From Candidatus Heimdallarchaeota archaeon (GTDB lineage Archaea > Asgardarchaeota > Heimdallarchaeia > Heimdallarchaeales > Heimdallarchaeaceae), in contig JAEOTE010000090.1 of NCBI GenBank assembly GCA_016839945.1, forward strand, positions 32,001 through 96,000: a stretch of DNA of 64,000 nucleotides, given 5' to 3'. The position numbers and the translations under genes are program-made. Each line of letters opens with the position of its first letter. The stretch's first letter is position 1. Shown here piece after piece: positions 1 to 9,120 of the stretch. The notes under the pieces were generated by a model. The model was given only the letters and a program-made list of their open reading frames with translations. It was not told the origin of the DNA and searched no databases.

Positions 1-70
1 ATTTGAAGACAAAACTTTTCTATTTTAGGTGAAATACAATGTTAAATAATAAGAAAATGTGAAAAATTAA

Positions 71-1363
71 ATGACTAAATCCAATTTTTTCAATATAGTC
101 AACTTCTTTCCTTATCTAAAGTATAGAGAAAATATTCTAGAAGTAAAAGAAAAAACAGTTAATGAAATTATTCAAGAGTATCCAACACCGTTATTTCTTT
201 TTATTCCAGATCGTTTTGAACAAAATTATAAGGAAATTAAAACAAACCTCAACAAATTCGTTCCAAACCTTTTTGTTACTTATGCAATGAAAGCAAATTA
301 TCTAGGAAGAGTCTTGAGACAAACCAAACAATTAGGTCTTGGAATAGAAATAATGTCATTTTTTGAAATTTTACTAGCTGAAAAAGCTGGTTTTAGTTAT
401 GATAATTTTGTTTTTAATGGACCGGCTAAAACAGCTGCAGAATTAGAACACACTATACAGAGGGGTATAAAATACCTCAATGTTGATTCTTTAAACGAAC
501 TTAAATTAATCGAAGAAATTGCTAAAAAGAAAAATATCCAACAATCAATAACAGTTAGAATTCACCCACAATTAAGTGAGAATACAGAAAGGAGATTACT
601 GATTAAGAAAAACAGTAAGCTTGGAATAGATTACTCAAGAGGAATAAAACTGTTTGAATATGCAAAGAGAAGTACCAACCTTAATCCTACAGGCGTTCAT
701 ATCCACGTAGGAACAAATATAGTTTCTCATGATTTTTATGACGAATTGTTAGTTTTTGTTAATGATTATATTAATGATTTAGAAAATAGAAAAGGAATTC
801 AGATTCAGGAAATTAATCTAGGTGGTGGTTTAGCTAGCAAATCAAAGCTAGATGAAAACGGTTTTAGTTTTGAAAAATTGGGAAAGCAAATCAACACTAA
901 CATTGATAATATAAAGGACAAAATGGTAATCTTTGAACCAGGACGATATCTGGTAGAGGACAGTTTTATTGCTATTACAAGAGTTCTTAGAAGCAAAAAA
1001 TCATGGGGTCGAAAATGGGCTTTTGTAGATATTGGTGCAAATTCACTAATACCTATGCGATATTCAGAATATAGGATTATACCATCACATTACAAAGGGA
1101 AGGGACAGTATTGCAATATAGGTGGTCCTTTGTGTTTACCTGTTGATGTAATTACAAGTGAAGCAGTGGACTTCGAAATAGAGGAAGAGGATTTACTTGT
1201 TGTACTAAATTGTGGTGCTTATACTTTATCAATGAGTGAACAATTTGGATATCCTCGACCTGCTGTTTATGAGCTAGAAAATGATGGTGTTATTAAACTT
1301 CTAAAACCTTCAGATGATATAGATCAAATGGTGAAAGACTCTTTTTGGTCTGAAAAAACATAA
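71..1363 (+). CDS. PLP-dependent group IV (LysA/ODC-fold) decarboxylase, probably not true diaminopimelate decarboxylase
   Basis: YAMKAN (PLP lysine), HIHVGT, NLGGG, EPGRYLV, GPLCLPVD and GAY motifs; first gene of a glycosyltransferase operon. Confidence 0.8.
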   Translation: MTKSNFFNIVNFFPYLKYRENILEVKEKTVNEIIQEYPTPLFLFIPDRFEQNYKEIKTNLNKFVPNLFVTYAMKANYLGRVLRQTKQLGLGIEIMSFFEILLAEKAGFSYDNFVFNGPAKTAAELEHTIQRGIKYLNVDSLNELKLIEEIAKKKNIQQSITVRIHPQLSENTERRLLIKKNSKLGIDYSRGIKLFEYAKRSTNLNPTGVHIHVGTNIVSHDFYDELLVFVNDYINDLENRKGIQIQEINLGGGLASKSKLDENGFSFEKLGKQINTNIDNIKDKMVIFEPGRYLVEDSFIAITRVLRSKKSWGRKWAFVDIGANSLIPMRYSEYRIIPSHYKGKGQYCNIGGPLCLPVDVITSEAVDFEIEEEDLLVVLNCGAYTLSMSEQFGYPRPAVYELENDGVIKLLKPSDDIDQMVKDSFWSEKT

Positions 1364-1383
1364 TTTTAGTTTTAGGGGCAACC

Positions 1384-1917
1384 TTGGTGGAGATATCTTT
1401 GAAAACAATTGAAGAAAGATTGAAAATATGTGCAGAACAATGCGGTAGTAAATGTTGTAAAAGCACTCAACCTGTATTAAGTTCGGAAGATTTTATGAGG
1501 ATCAAATCCAATACTGATAAAATTGATTGGTTTGAGGAAATAGAAGAAAACAATGAAATAATTCGATTAATTAGTAAAAAAAGAGAAAATAATGATTGCA
1601 TATTTCTGACAAACAAGGGAAGGTGTGAAATATATGAATATCGTCCATTAGATTGTATTTTATTTCCAATTTTTCTTAAGATTAAAGAGAGAGAACCACG
1701 TAAATACAATATTAGATGGTTAGTTTGGTATTGCCTACTATCAGAAAACGTTGGTATAGACACCTTGAAGCTTGAATCTAGAGGATTAGTGAAAAACTAT
1801 CTTTCATCGAAACCTCAGTATATTTTTGAATATCAAACTGCAATGTATAAGTCAGGAGGATATAAGAAAAAACATTTCTTGGAAGAAGAAAACTTAACTA
1901 TAGGTAATCAAGAGTGA
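1384..1917 (+). CDS. YkgJ/CxxCxxCC-family cysteine-cluster (Fe-S/Zn) protein
   Basis: CAEQCGSKCC ... CIFL ... CEIYEYRPLDCILFP pattern. Confidence 0.85.
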   Translation: MVEISLKTIEERLKICAEQCGSKCCKSTQPVLSSEDFMRIKSNTDKIDWFEEIEENNEIIRLISKKRENNDCIFLTNKGRCEIYEYRPLDCILFPIFLKIKEREPRKYNIRWLVWYCLLSENVGIDTLKLESRGLVKNYLSSKPQYIFEYQTAMYKSGGYKKKHFLEEENLTIGNQE

Positions 1918-2915
1918 TAAAGATGAGTTCCATTTCTGTATTAATACCTACATTCAACAATGAAACCACCATAAGAGAATGTCTTCAATCAATCTCTAAA
2001 CAAACATTGAAACCTACTGAAATCATTGTAATAGATGGTCACTCAATAGACAAAACTGTTGATATTGCAAAAGAATTTGAATGTAAAGTATTGTTTGAAC
2101 AAGGGGGATCACGTGCAGCAGCTTGTAATGTTGGAGTCCCACAATCAGAAGGGGAACTTATTGTTTTCATTGATGCTGATGCGATAGCAAAGGAGGATTG
2201 GTTAGAAAATATAGTAAATGCATTTGAAGCACCTCATTCGACTCAAGTTGCATGTGTAACTGGTCCAAATATTGAGTATCCAAATGAATCTTTTTTTGGA
2301 AAAGCAGTTAGTTCAGTCTATAATACATTCATTGGAGGGAATTGGACTGAGCACATTCAAAGTATCTTCAATGAGAACAAAAGATATGTGCAAAGCGCTG
2401 CAGGATGCAATGCGGCTTACATTCGAAAACATCTTGAAGAAGTTATGCCTTTTAATGAAAACCTTCTTACAACAGAAGATACAGATATCAATTATCGTTT
2501 GTTACTCAAGGGATATGCAATTTATTTTGAGCCCAATGCAATAGTCTACCACCAACGTCCTCAAACGCATAAAGCATATAGAAAGAAAGCTAAAAAATAT
2601 GCAATTGGGAAAGTTCAGTTTTTCCGAGTTCATAAAACAGGATTAAATCTTGGTCACTTGTTTCCTCCTCTCTATTTCATCACAGGAATTTTCCTTATAC
2701 TTTCAATTTTTGCAAATTACTGGATAGGGGTAGGTATTGCTGGATATTTTAGCATGTATCTGCTTTCAGTTTTAATTGCATCAATTGTTCAATCAATCCG
2801 TTATAAGGAGTGGAAATATCTTTTCATTTTACCTATTATGTTCTTTGAAGGTCATTTATGGTGGAGCTTTGGGATCCTACAAGAAATCTTCTTACCAATT
2901 AAAAAAAGTGGATAG
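1914..2915 (+). CDS. Glycosyltransferase family 2 with C-terminal membrane helices
   Basis: ISVLIPTFN, IDGHSID, FIDAD (DxD), TEDTD; hydrophobic C-terminus. Confidence 0.9.
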   Translation: MIKMSSISVLIPTFNNETTIRECLQSISKQTLKPTEIIVIDGHSIDKTVDIAKEFECKVLFEQGGSRAAACNVGVPQSEGELIVFIDADAIAKEDWLENIVNAFEAPHSTQVACVTGPNIEYPNESFFGKAVSSVYNTFIGGNWTEHIQSIFNENKRYVQSAAGCNAAYIRKHLEEVMPFNENLLTTEDTDINYRLLLKGYAIYFEPNAIVYHQRPQTHKAYRKKAKKYAIGKVQFFRVHKTGLNLGHLFPPLYFITGIFLILSIFANYWIGVGIAGYFSMYLLSVLIASIVQSIRYKEWKYLFILPIMFFEGHLWWSFGILQEIFLPIKKSG

Positions 2916-2917
2916 AC

Positions 2918-4135
2918 ATGCCATTAAACATTGCAATGTTATTTGAGTTAGGACCAGACGATAATGGAAGAATAGGCGGTGGGGTTGAATTGCATGCTAC
3001 AAACCTATCTAAGGAACTAACTAAAAGAGGGCATAAAGTAACATACATAACTGGTGCTGTACCAAACTGTGATAATGAAACAATAATTGAGGGAGTTAAG
3101 TATAAAAGAATAGATTTTTGTTCATTTATCAGAAAGGCTTACAATCCACAACATCTAAACTTTTCAAGGCAACTATTTTTCTTAATTAAAAATAGAATCT
3201 CATCTCTAAATAGAATAGTTGGTAATGAAGATTTTGATATTTTTCATGGGCATGTTTACTCATCTGGTTTGTCTGCTAGCCATTTAGCAAGAAAAACGAA
3301 AAGTGCATTTGTAAACACCGTACATGGTTCTTATTACAAATACTGGGATCAAATCACAAAAAATCGTCTATCTTCGAGCATTTACAAACTGATGGAAAGA
3401 CAAATTGTCCCTTTTTTAGTTAAGAAATGTAAATATCAAATACACACAGATTATGATTTTGCAGAATTGGTAAAAGGTTGGATTAAACCGAGAATGAAAT
3501 CAAAGATTACTACAATACTTAATGGTGTAGATGTTAAACGATTTAATCCACAAATCAAAAAAAATTCAGAATTAGGAAATGAGAAAGGACCGTTAATAAT
3601 TACTACTCGACGTTTGGTTACCAAGAATGGTGTAATTTACCTAGTTAAAGGTTTTAAAGAGGTATTGAAGAAGTTTCCAAATGCTAAACTATTTATTATT
3701 GGAGATGGTCCTGAAAAAGAAAGAATCAGAAAAGAAATACAAACTCAGAAAATTAAGACTAGTACTCGATTAATTGGAATGATACCAAACAATGAAATTC
3801 CAACATATTTAGCAGCTGCAGATATTGTTGTTGTTCCTAGTATTGTAGAAGCATCTAGTATTAGTGTTTTAGAAGCTATGGCCATGAAACTACCTATCGT
3901 TGCTTCAGATATCCCTGGAATAAGAGAAATTACAAATTTTGGTGAAAATTGCGTTTTAGTTCCGTCAAAAGACCCTAAATCAATAGCAGAAGGGATATTG
4001 AGATTATTGAATTCCAAAGAAGAATCAGAAAAACTTGCTAATTCGGGATATCAAGAAGTTTTACAAAATTATACTTGGGAGAAGAAAGCTAAAGAAATTG
4101 AACAAATATACTATAATGCGTTAGATGGAAAATGA
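2918..4135 (+). CDS. Glycosyltransferase family 4 (GT-B)
   Basis: GGVE, NGVD, EASSISVLEAMA (E-x7-E), SDIPG. Confidence 0.9.
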   Translation: MPLNIAMLFELGPDDNGRIGGGVELHATNLSKELTKRGHKVTYITGAVPNCDNETIIEGVKYKRIDFCSFIRKAYNPQHLNFSRQLFFLIKNRISSLNRIVGNEDFDIFHGHVYSSGLSASHLARKTKSAFVNTVHGSYYKYWDQITKNRLSSSIYKLMERQIVPFLVKKCKYQIHTDYDFAELVKGWIKPRMKSKITTILNGVDVKRFNPQIKKNSELGNEKGPLIITTRRLVTKNGVIYLVKGFKEVLKKFPNAKLFIIGDGPEKERIRKEIQTQKIKTSTRLIGMIPNNEIPTYLAAADIVVVPSIVEASSISVLEAMAMKLPIVASDIPGIREITNFGENCVLVPSKDPKSIAEGILRLLNSKEESEKLANSGYQEVLQNYTWEKKAKEIEQIYYNALDGK

Positions 4136-5019
4136 TCACTGAAACAAATTTCTGTTTAAGAGTTGATGTAGATACCTTTGAAGGTCTGAAGTATGGGATA
4201 CCAAAAATCATACGACTTTCAAAAGAACTAGATTTTCCAGTGACTATTTATCTAAGCTTAGGAAAATTTGCAACAGGCAGAAACATTTTCAGAATTATAA
4301 AAACTAGAAAAAACGTTCAACTAAACATACAAGGTTTTAAACGAAATTATAAGCGAAGTTTAGTTCGAGGTTTAATTCTACCCTCCAAAACAATAGGGAG
4401 TAAAGAGAAAGAGTTATTGAATACCTACACCAAAGATGAATTATTAGAATTTCATCCACATGGTTTTAATCATATTAAATGGTCATCAAATTTTGATAAT
4501 TTTTCTTATGAAAAAACAGAAGAATACATTGAAGCTATAATAAATGATTATGAGTTAATATTTAACAAAAAACCAACCGCAAATGCAGCACCTAATTTTC
4601 AAACAAATAACCATTATTTCAAATTATTAAGAAAACTAGGTTTTGATTTCTCTTCTGATTTTTATAAAATGCCACCATTCAATTTGGAAATTGATAAAAC
4701 AAAAAAGAATTCAAAATCTTGCGAAATCACACAGTTAACAGTCACAGAACCAACAATTGAGGAGCTACTTCTAAAGGGAAAATCTATAGATCAAATTAAA
4801 AACACATATGAAAAAACGTTTGAAGGATATGTAGATCAAGAGGTAGATTATGTTTGTATGTATGTCCATTCTGTTTTTGAGCCTATAAGATTAGAGAAGG
4901 TGTTGCATGAAATATGTCAATTGACATACAAACTAGATATGAAACCATCAACCCATAGTAATTTCTATAAAAAAGTAAAAGAACTACCAAAAATAAAATA
5001 TTCAGAATTACCAAAGTGA
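4132..5019 (+). CDS. Polysaccharide deacetylase/deformylase, ArnD-like (CE4/NodB fold)
   Basis: N-terminal LRVDVDTFEGLKYGIP resembles ArnD LRIDVDTxRG; HGFNH metal motif; AAP; C-terminal YVH. Confidence 0.7.
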   Translation: MITETNFCLRVDVDTFEGLKYGIPKIIRLSKELDFPVTIYLSLGKFATGRNIFRIIKTRKNVQLNIQGFKRNYKRSLVRGLILPSKTIGSKEKELLNTYTKDELLEFHPHGFNHIKWSSNFDNFSYEKTEEYIEAIINDYELIFNKKPTANAAPNFQTNNHYFKLLRKLGFDFSSDFYKMPPFNLEIDKTKKNSKSCEITQLTVTEPTIEELLLKGKSIDQIKNTYEKTFEGYVDQEVDYVCMYVHSVFEPIRLEKVLHEICQLTYKLDMKPSTHSNFYKKVKELPKIKYSELPK

Positions 5020-5026
5020 GTAAACC

Positions 5027-6175
5027 ATGGATGACAAATCTGTATGTCTCATGACACAAGAATACAGAAGAGGAGCTACTTGGATTTATTGCTATAACTT
5101 AGCTAAAGAGTTTAATAGAGAAAATGAATGGAAAGCTCAAGTAATTTCAGCTCTAAAGAAGAAACAGAAAGAAGTTTTTTCAGATTTAGATGCTCTAAAA
5201 TTAATAAAAACATCATCTTCAAAATATTTTTACTCTAGAAATTATTGGAGAAAATCCAGAGCATTAGTTAATCAAATTGATCCTACAATAGTGCATGGAA
5301 ACATGAATATGCTTTCTTCACTTGGAATTAAAGAGGACTATCCAATTGTTGAAACAATTCATACAACTTTTAGTAGAGAAAAAATGGGAACAATTGGTAT
5401 GCCTTTTCAATCTTTGACTTGGGTTGAAAAAAGAGTCGTACTGTTATATAAACTCTTGAAAAGAAAAGAAACTCAACTTTTACAAAGAGCAAAACACCTC
5501 ATAGCTGTAAGTGATGCCATAAAAGAAGAGTTAATTGAAAAGTATTCTATGAACTCTGATAAAATAACTACTATACCTAATGGAGTAGATATTGATACAC
5601 ATCACAAAACAGACGAAAAGATATATGAAAAAAATGAAGACGAGTTTATACTAGGTTTTCTGGGAAGAATGACAATAGGAAAAGGTGCAAAGTTACTTCT
5701 TCCTATATTAAAGAAAGTAAAAAAAGAGATTCCTAATGTTAAATTACTAACTGCTGGTGACGATTTAAACACAAAAGTAGAGATTATTCAGTTAATTCAT
5801 GATTATGGTTTGAGCAAAAATATCATAGATTTTGGATATATTTATGACATACAAAAGAAGAATTCCTTTTTTAGTTCTCTAGACATTTTTCTATTGCCTT
5901 CAAGTCATGAAGGGATGAATCTAACACTTCTAGAATCACTGGCTTGTGAAACTCCAGTACTTACAACAAAAGAAGCTATCACTTTTGAACATAACAATAC
6001 TTTCGTTACTACAACTAGAAACGTAAAAGACATTGTAGATAAAATAATTGAACTTTATAATAATCCAAATACTTTGGACAAAATAAGAAATAAGTCAAGA
6101 TCCGTTGCTGAAAAATATACTTGGAAGAACACTACAATGTTAACTAAAAGAGTATATGATGATGTGTTAAACTAG
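5027..6175 (+). CDS. Glycosyltransferase family 4 (GT-B)
   Basis: IPNGVD, GFLGR, PSSHEGMNLTLLESLACETP. Confidence 0.9.
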   Translation: MDDKSVCLMTQEYRRGATWIYCYNLAKEFNRENEWKAQVISALKKKQKEVFSDLDALKLIKTSSSKYFYSRNYWRKSRALVNQIDPTIVHGNMNMLSSLGIKEDYPIVETIHTTFSREKMGTIGMPFQSLTWVEKRVVLLYKLLKRKETQLLQRAKHLIAVSDAIKEELIEKYSMNSDKITTIPNGVDIDTHHKTDEKIYEKNEDEFILGFLGRMTIGKGAKLLLPILKKVKKEIPNVKLLTAGDDLNTKVEIIQLIHDYGLSKNIIDFGYIYDIQKKNSFFSSLDIFLLPSSHEGMNLTLLESLACETPVLTTKEAITFEHNNTFVTTTRNVKDIVDKIIELYNNPNTLDKIRNKSRSVAEKYTWKNTTMLTKRVYDDVLN

Positions 6176-6196
6176 CTAGCATATACTCTTTCGATT

Positions 6197-7198
6197 TTAA
6201 GCTTCTTCTTCTGTAATTTCAGGAGAAGATGCTTCATCTTGTTTTTTGGGTTTTTTCTTTTCCCCTATTGGTAGAATAAATAGCCAGAATATTGGCACCC
6301 AAAGAATTAGGAAAGCATATCCAAGATAATCGTGTATTGGTCCAGCAATAGACCAATCTTTAAAGTAGAAAATGACAACTATAATCAATACACGAATCAG
6401 ATTTACAATATAAGTTCCCACTATTCCTATTAAAGCCACTAAAGCGGTTCTATAATTCCACTTCAATCTTTTTCTTGCTTCAAATAGCATAAGCAGAAAA
6501 ATTGCTAGAAAAATAGTAAGAGAGTGAATGCCACTGCATCTAGCATCTACGCCTATACTTTTTGTCCCGTTAGGACTATTAAAAGTAAGTAATGTCATTC
6601 CTATGCCCTCATCCCAATTCGCACTTAGAACATTTAAACCAAACAATTTTGCTAATCCAGCAGTAGCTGAACCTGTTAGTTTTGTTAACCATTCAGCTAC
6701 AGATAGTTTGAAGAGATGTTCATCTATTCCTGAATAAATCAAAGTGTAAAAAATGGCAGTCAATAAAACCATGTAAAGTCCTGGTGATCTGTACTTTCTA
6801 AAAAAAGAGTCATCCCATGTTAGATAAAAAAGTGCAATTAAGGCAAAAACCAATGCTAACGGAACAAGCAAATTCACAGAAATCTGTGAATTGACGAATA
6901 TTATTGCATACTCAAAGTGTCTATATCTTTCAAATAAAATATAGAAATAGACAACAAAACCTATTAAAATAAATGAAATGCTATATCTTAAGATTCGTTT
7001 TTTTAGTATAGTAGTTACTGGTGAGATATAATTTGTAAACTCATCATACTTTTCTTTTGTTTTTGATTTTAGTGTACTAGTTTTTTCCTTCACTCGGTGT
7101 AAAAAGGTATCAGATTCATTTTTTTGTTCTTTTTTTGATCCAGTAGAATCAAGAACCTCAGGAGTGTCTTCTAAATCCTTTTTATTCAACATCCACAC
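6197..7198 (-). CDS. Archaeosortase/exosortase family membrane transpeptidase
   Basis: Multi-TM; catalytic triad contexts ARCSG (Cys), NLIRV (Arg), IHDYLG (His). Confidence 0.85.
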   Translation of the reverse strand: MWMLNKKDLEDTPEVLDSTGSKKEQKNESDTFLHRVKEKTSTLKSKTKEKYDEFTNYISPVTTILKKRILRYSISFILIGFVVYFYILFERYRHFEYAIIFVNSQISVNLLVPLALVFALIALFYLTWDDSFFRKYRSPGLYMVLLTAIFYTLIYSGIDEHLFKLSVAEWLTKLTGSATAGLAKLFGLNVLSANWDEGIGMTLLTFNSPNGTKSIGVDARCSGIHSLTIFLAIFLLMLFEARKRLKWNYRTALVALIGIVGTYIVNLIRVLIIVVIFYFKDWSIAGPIHDYLGYAFLILWVPIFWLFILPIGEKKKPKKQDEASSPEITEEEA

Positions 7199-7326
7199 CA
7201 GATTTATTTTATGTCATTGACTTAAATGGAATTGTGATAATCTTCATATGATTCTCTCTCTCTTTGTTAAATCTAACGTTATTTCAAAGACAAAAAAAAG
7301 TTGGAGGGAATTGATTTTTCTAAGTT

Positions 7327-7536
7327 TTAGTCATCTTCGAAAATTATGTTATTGTAAGCAAAATCCACATTTGGAAATTTGAAATCTGTAGATTGCTTAG
7401 CAGCATAATGTTCTCTGTAAAAATCCCTTAAAGCAAGCCTTATTGCCTCTGACCTAGATGCATATTTCCCCTGCAGAACCATTTCGTCTAGTATTTCGAC
7501 AAATTCACTCGGTAGTCTGATTGAAATTAGATTCAT
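7327..7536 (-). CDS. Ribbon-helix-helix (CopG/Arc/MetJ) transcriptional regulator, CdrS-like
   Basis: ISIRLP...LDEMV..GKYASRSEAIRLALRDF; SD-like GGGTGA upstream. Confidence 0.85.
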   Translation of the reverse strand: MNLISIRLPSEFVEILDEMVLQGKYASRSEAIRLALRDFYREHYAAKQSTDFKFPNVDFAYNNIIFEDD

Positions 7537-7749
7537 ATATTCACCCCAAGGACAAAATCCTATTTTGAATCACTTAAAGCTATATGTTTTGTCACATTTA
7601 TACATTTGTAACACAATTGCTTGTATAGAATTTTGTGTTGTACCCTCGCTCGATGATTTTCTATTTAAGGTTTGCCCAAGTTTCGACAAAAAACAAAAAA
7701 ATTTCGACAAGAGAAGAAAAATAGTTGAGCTTCTTGAATAAAAATAGAA

Positions 7750-8319
7750 TCAAAGAATGATTTCTTTATTACACTCTTCACAAGAGAGCTTTGTTCCTTT
7801 GGGTAAAATGCTAGTTGTTTTCTTAGCAACATTCCCACAGTAACAAACATAACCGTTAAGTCTTGCTGGATTACCAAAGACAAGTGCAAAGGAAGGTACA
7901 TCTTTGGATACCAAACTTCCTGCCCCTATCATTGAATGATCTCCTATTGTAAGACCGCAGATTACTGTAGAATTTGCTCCTATGGAAGCACCTTCTTTTA
8001 CTAGTGTTTTAATTAATTCCCAATCTTGATTTGTGGCTCGTGGTAGAAGATCATTTGTGAAGCATACATGAGGACCAACAAAAACATCATCCTCAATAGT
8101 AACACCTTGATATATCGAAACAAAATTTTGCACTTTTACATTATTCCCTATAGAGACATTAGCATCTATGAAGACGGACTTACCAAAAATACAGTTTTTA
8201 CCGATCTTTGCTCCTGTTCTTACTTGAACCTGATGCCAGATTTTTGTATTATCTCCTATTGTAACATTGTCTTCTATGAATGCTGTAGGGTGCGCAAAAT
8301 AATTCTTATCTTCACTCAT
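7750..8319 (-). CDS. Hexapeptide-repeat sugar N-acetyltransferase (WbpD/WxcM-like) with C-terminal zinc ribbon
   Basis: HPTA, IG repeats, FTNDLLPRA, GASIGANST, GNPAR, CYC...CEEC. Confidence 0.85.
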   Translation of the reverse strand: MSEDKNYFAHPTAFIEDNVTIGDNTKIWHQVQVRTGAKIGKNCIFGKSVFIDANVSIGNNVKVQNFVSIYQGVTIEDDVFVGPHVCFTNDLLPRATNQDWELIKTLVKEGASIGANSTVICGLTIGDHSMIGAGSLVSKDVPSFALVFGNPARLNGYVCYCGNVAKKTTSILPKGTKLSCEECNKEIIL

Positions 8320-8362
8320 AAATCTTTGAAAGTAATAAGAAATAATAAAGTTTGCTTCTATC

Positions 8363-9034
8363 TTAAATTAAGAAGTAAAATAACATTACAGCGATATAGG
8401 CTAATCCACTGGCAAAAAAGCCAATAGACTTAGGAGTTTCGTGTTCAGCACTTAAACCAATCGCAATCATTATGTGTGAGTACAGAAACGTTGTTGGAAC
8501 AAGGATTGTGTCTGCAATTTTATACCCCCATGTTGCAGTATTAAAAGCTTCAAAGATATTGAAATCAGCAACATCAGTTTGGATTACAACCTCTGGTTGA
8601 GTTGCAGCAATAGCTAATAATACTAGTACTCCAACAACTACAGGAATTTGTGAGATACAATAAATGGAGAGTGTTTTAAGATATTTCCCCTTTCCTCCCA
8701 AGTATCTTAATAATCCATATAGAATCGTTGCCCATATGAGTATTTGAGGGGCGGTGGATGTTAGAATCCCAACAAGAAAACTCTCTTTTACACTTGCTAC
8801 TTCACTTTCGATTACTGGATTAAATTCTATTTTGTTGAATAATAAAAAGAAATTGCCAACCTTTATTCCTGTTAGGACAAATACTATGATTAGAGGAACT
8901 ACAATTAGATAGGAATTTGTCATTCCTTTGAAACTACTGGAATCTAATAAATGGTGCCCAACTAACCTTCTAAAGGGAGCGGTTTTGTAAGGATTGTAAA
9001 AACCGCTTTCCTCATCACCTAATTCTACATTCAT
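8363..9034 (-). CDS. Yip1-domain membrane protein
   Basis: About 5 TM helices; LGGKGKYLKTLSIYCISQIP matches the Yip1 core. Confidence 0.65.
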   Translation of the reverse strand: MNVELGDEESGFYNPYKTAPFRRLVGHHLLDSSSFKGMTNSYLIVVPLIIVFVLTGIKVGNFFLLFNKIEFNPVIESEVASVKESFLVGILTSTAPQILIWATILYGLLRYLGGKGKYLKTLSIYCISQIPVVVGVLVLLAIAATQPEVVIQTDVADFNIFEAFNTATWGYKIADTILVPTTFLYSHIMIAIGLSAEHETPKSIGFFASGLAYIAVMLFYFLI

Positions 9035-9120
9035 CTGTTCATATTGCCACTGAACATGTTAAAAATGTTCTTTTATGTTGATTTTTGGTTGTTAAAGTAA
9101 GAAAGAAAAATACTACGAAA

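Noticed and set aside
7665-7745. Direct repeat TTTCGACAA x2 (7681, 7702) and the 78-aa ORF over it
   Set aside because: Only two short copies in an A-rich terminator-like region; not CRISPR-like, and the ORF overlaps the acetyltransferase out of frame.
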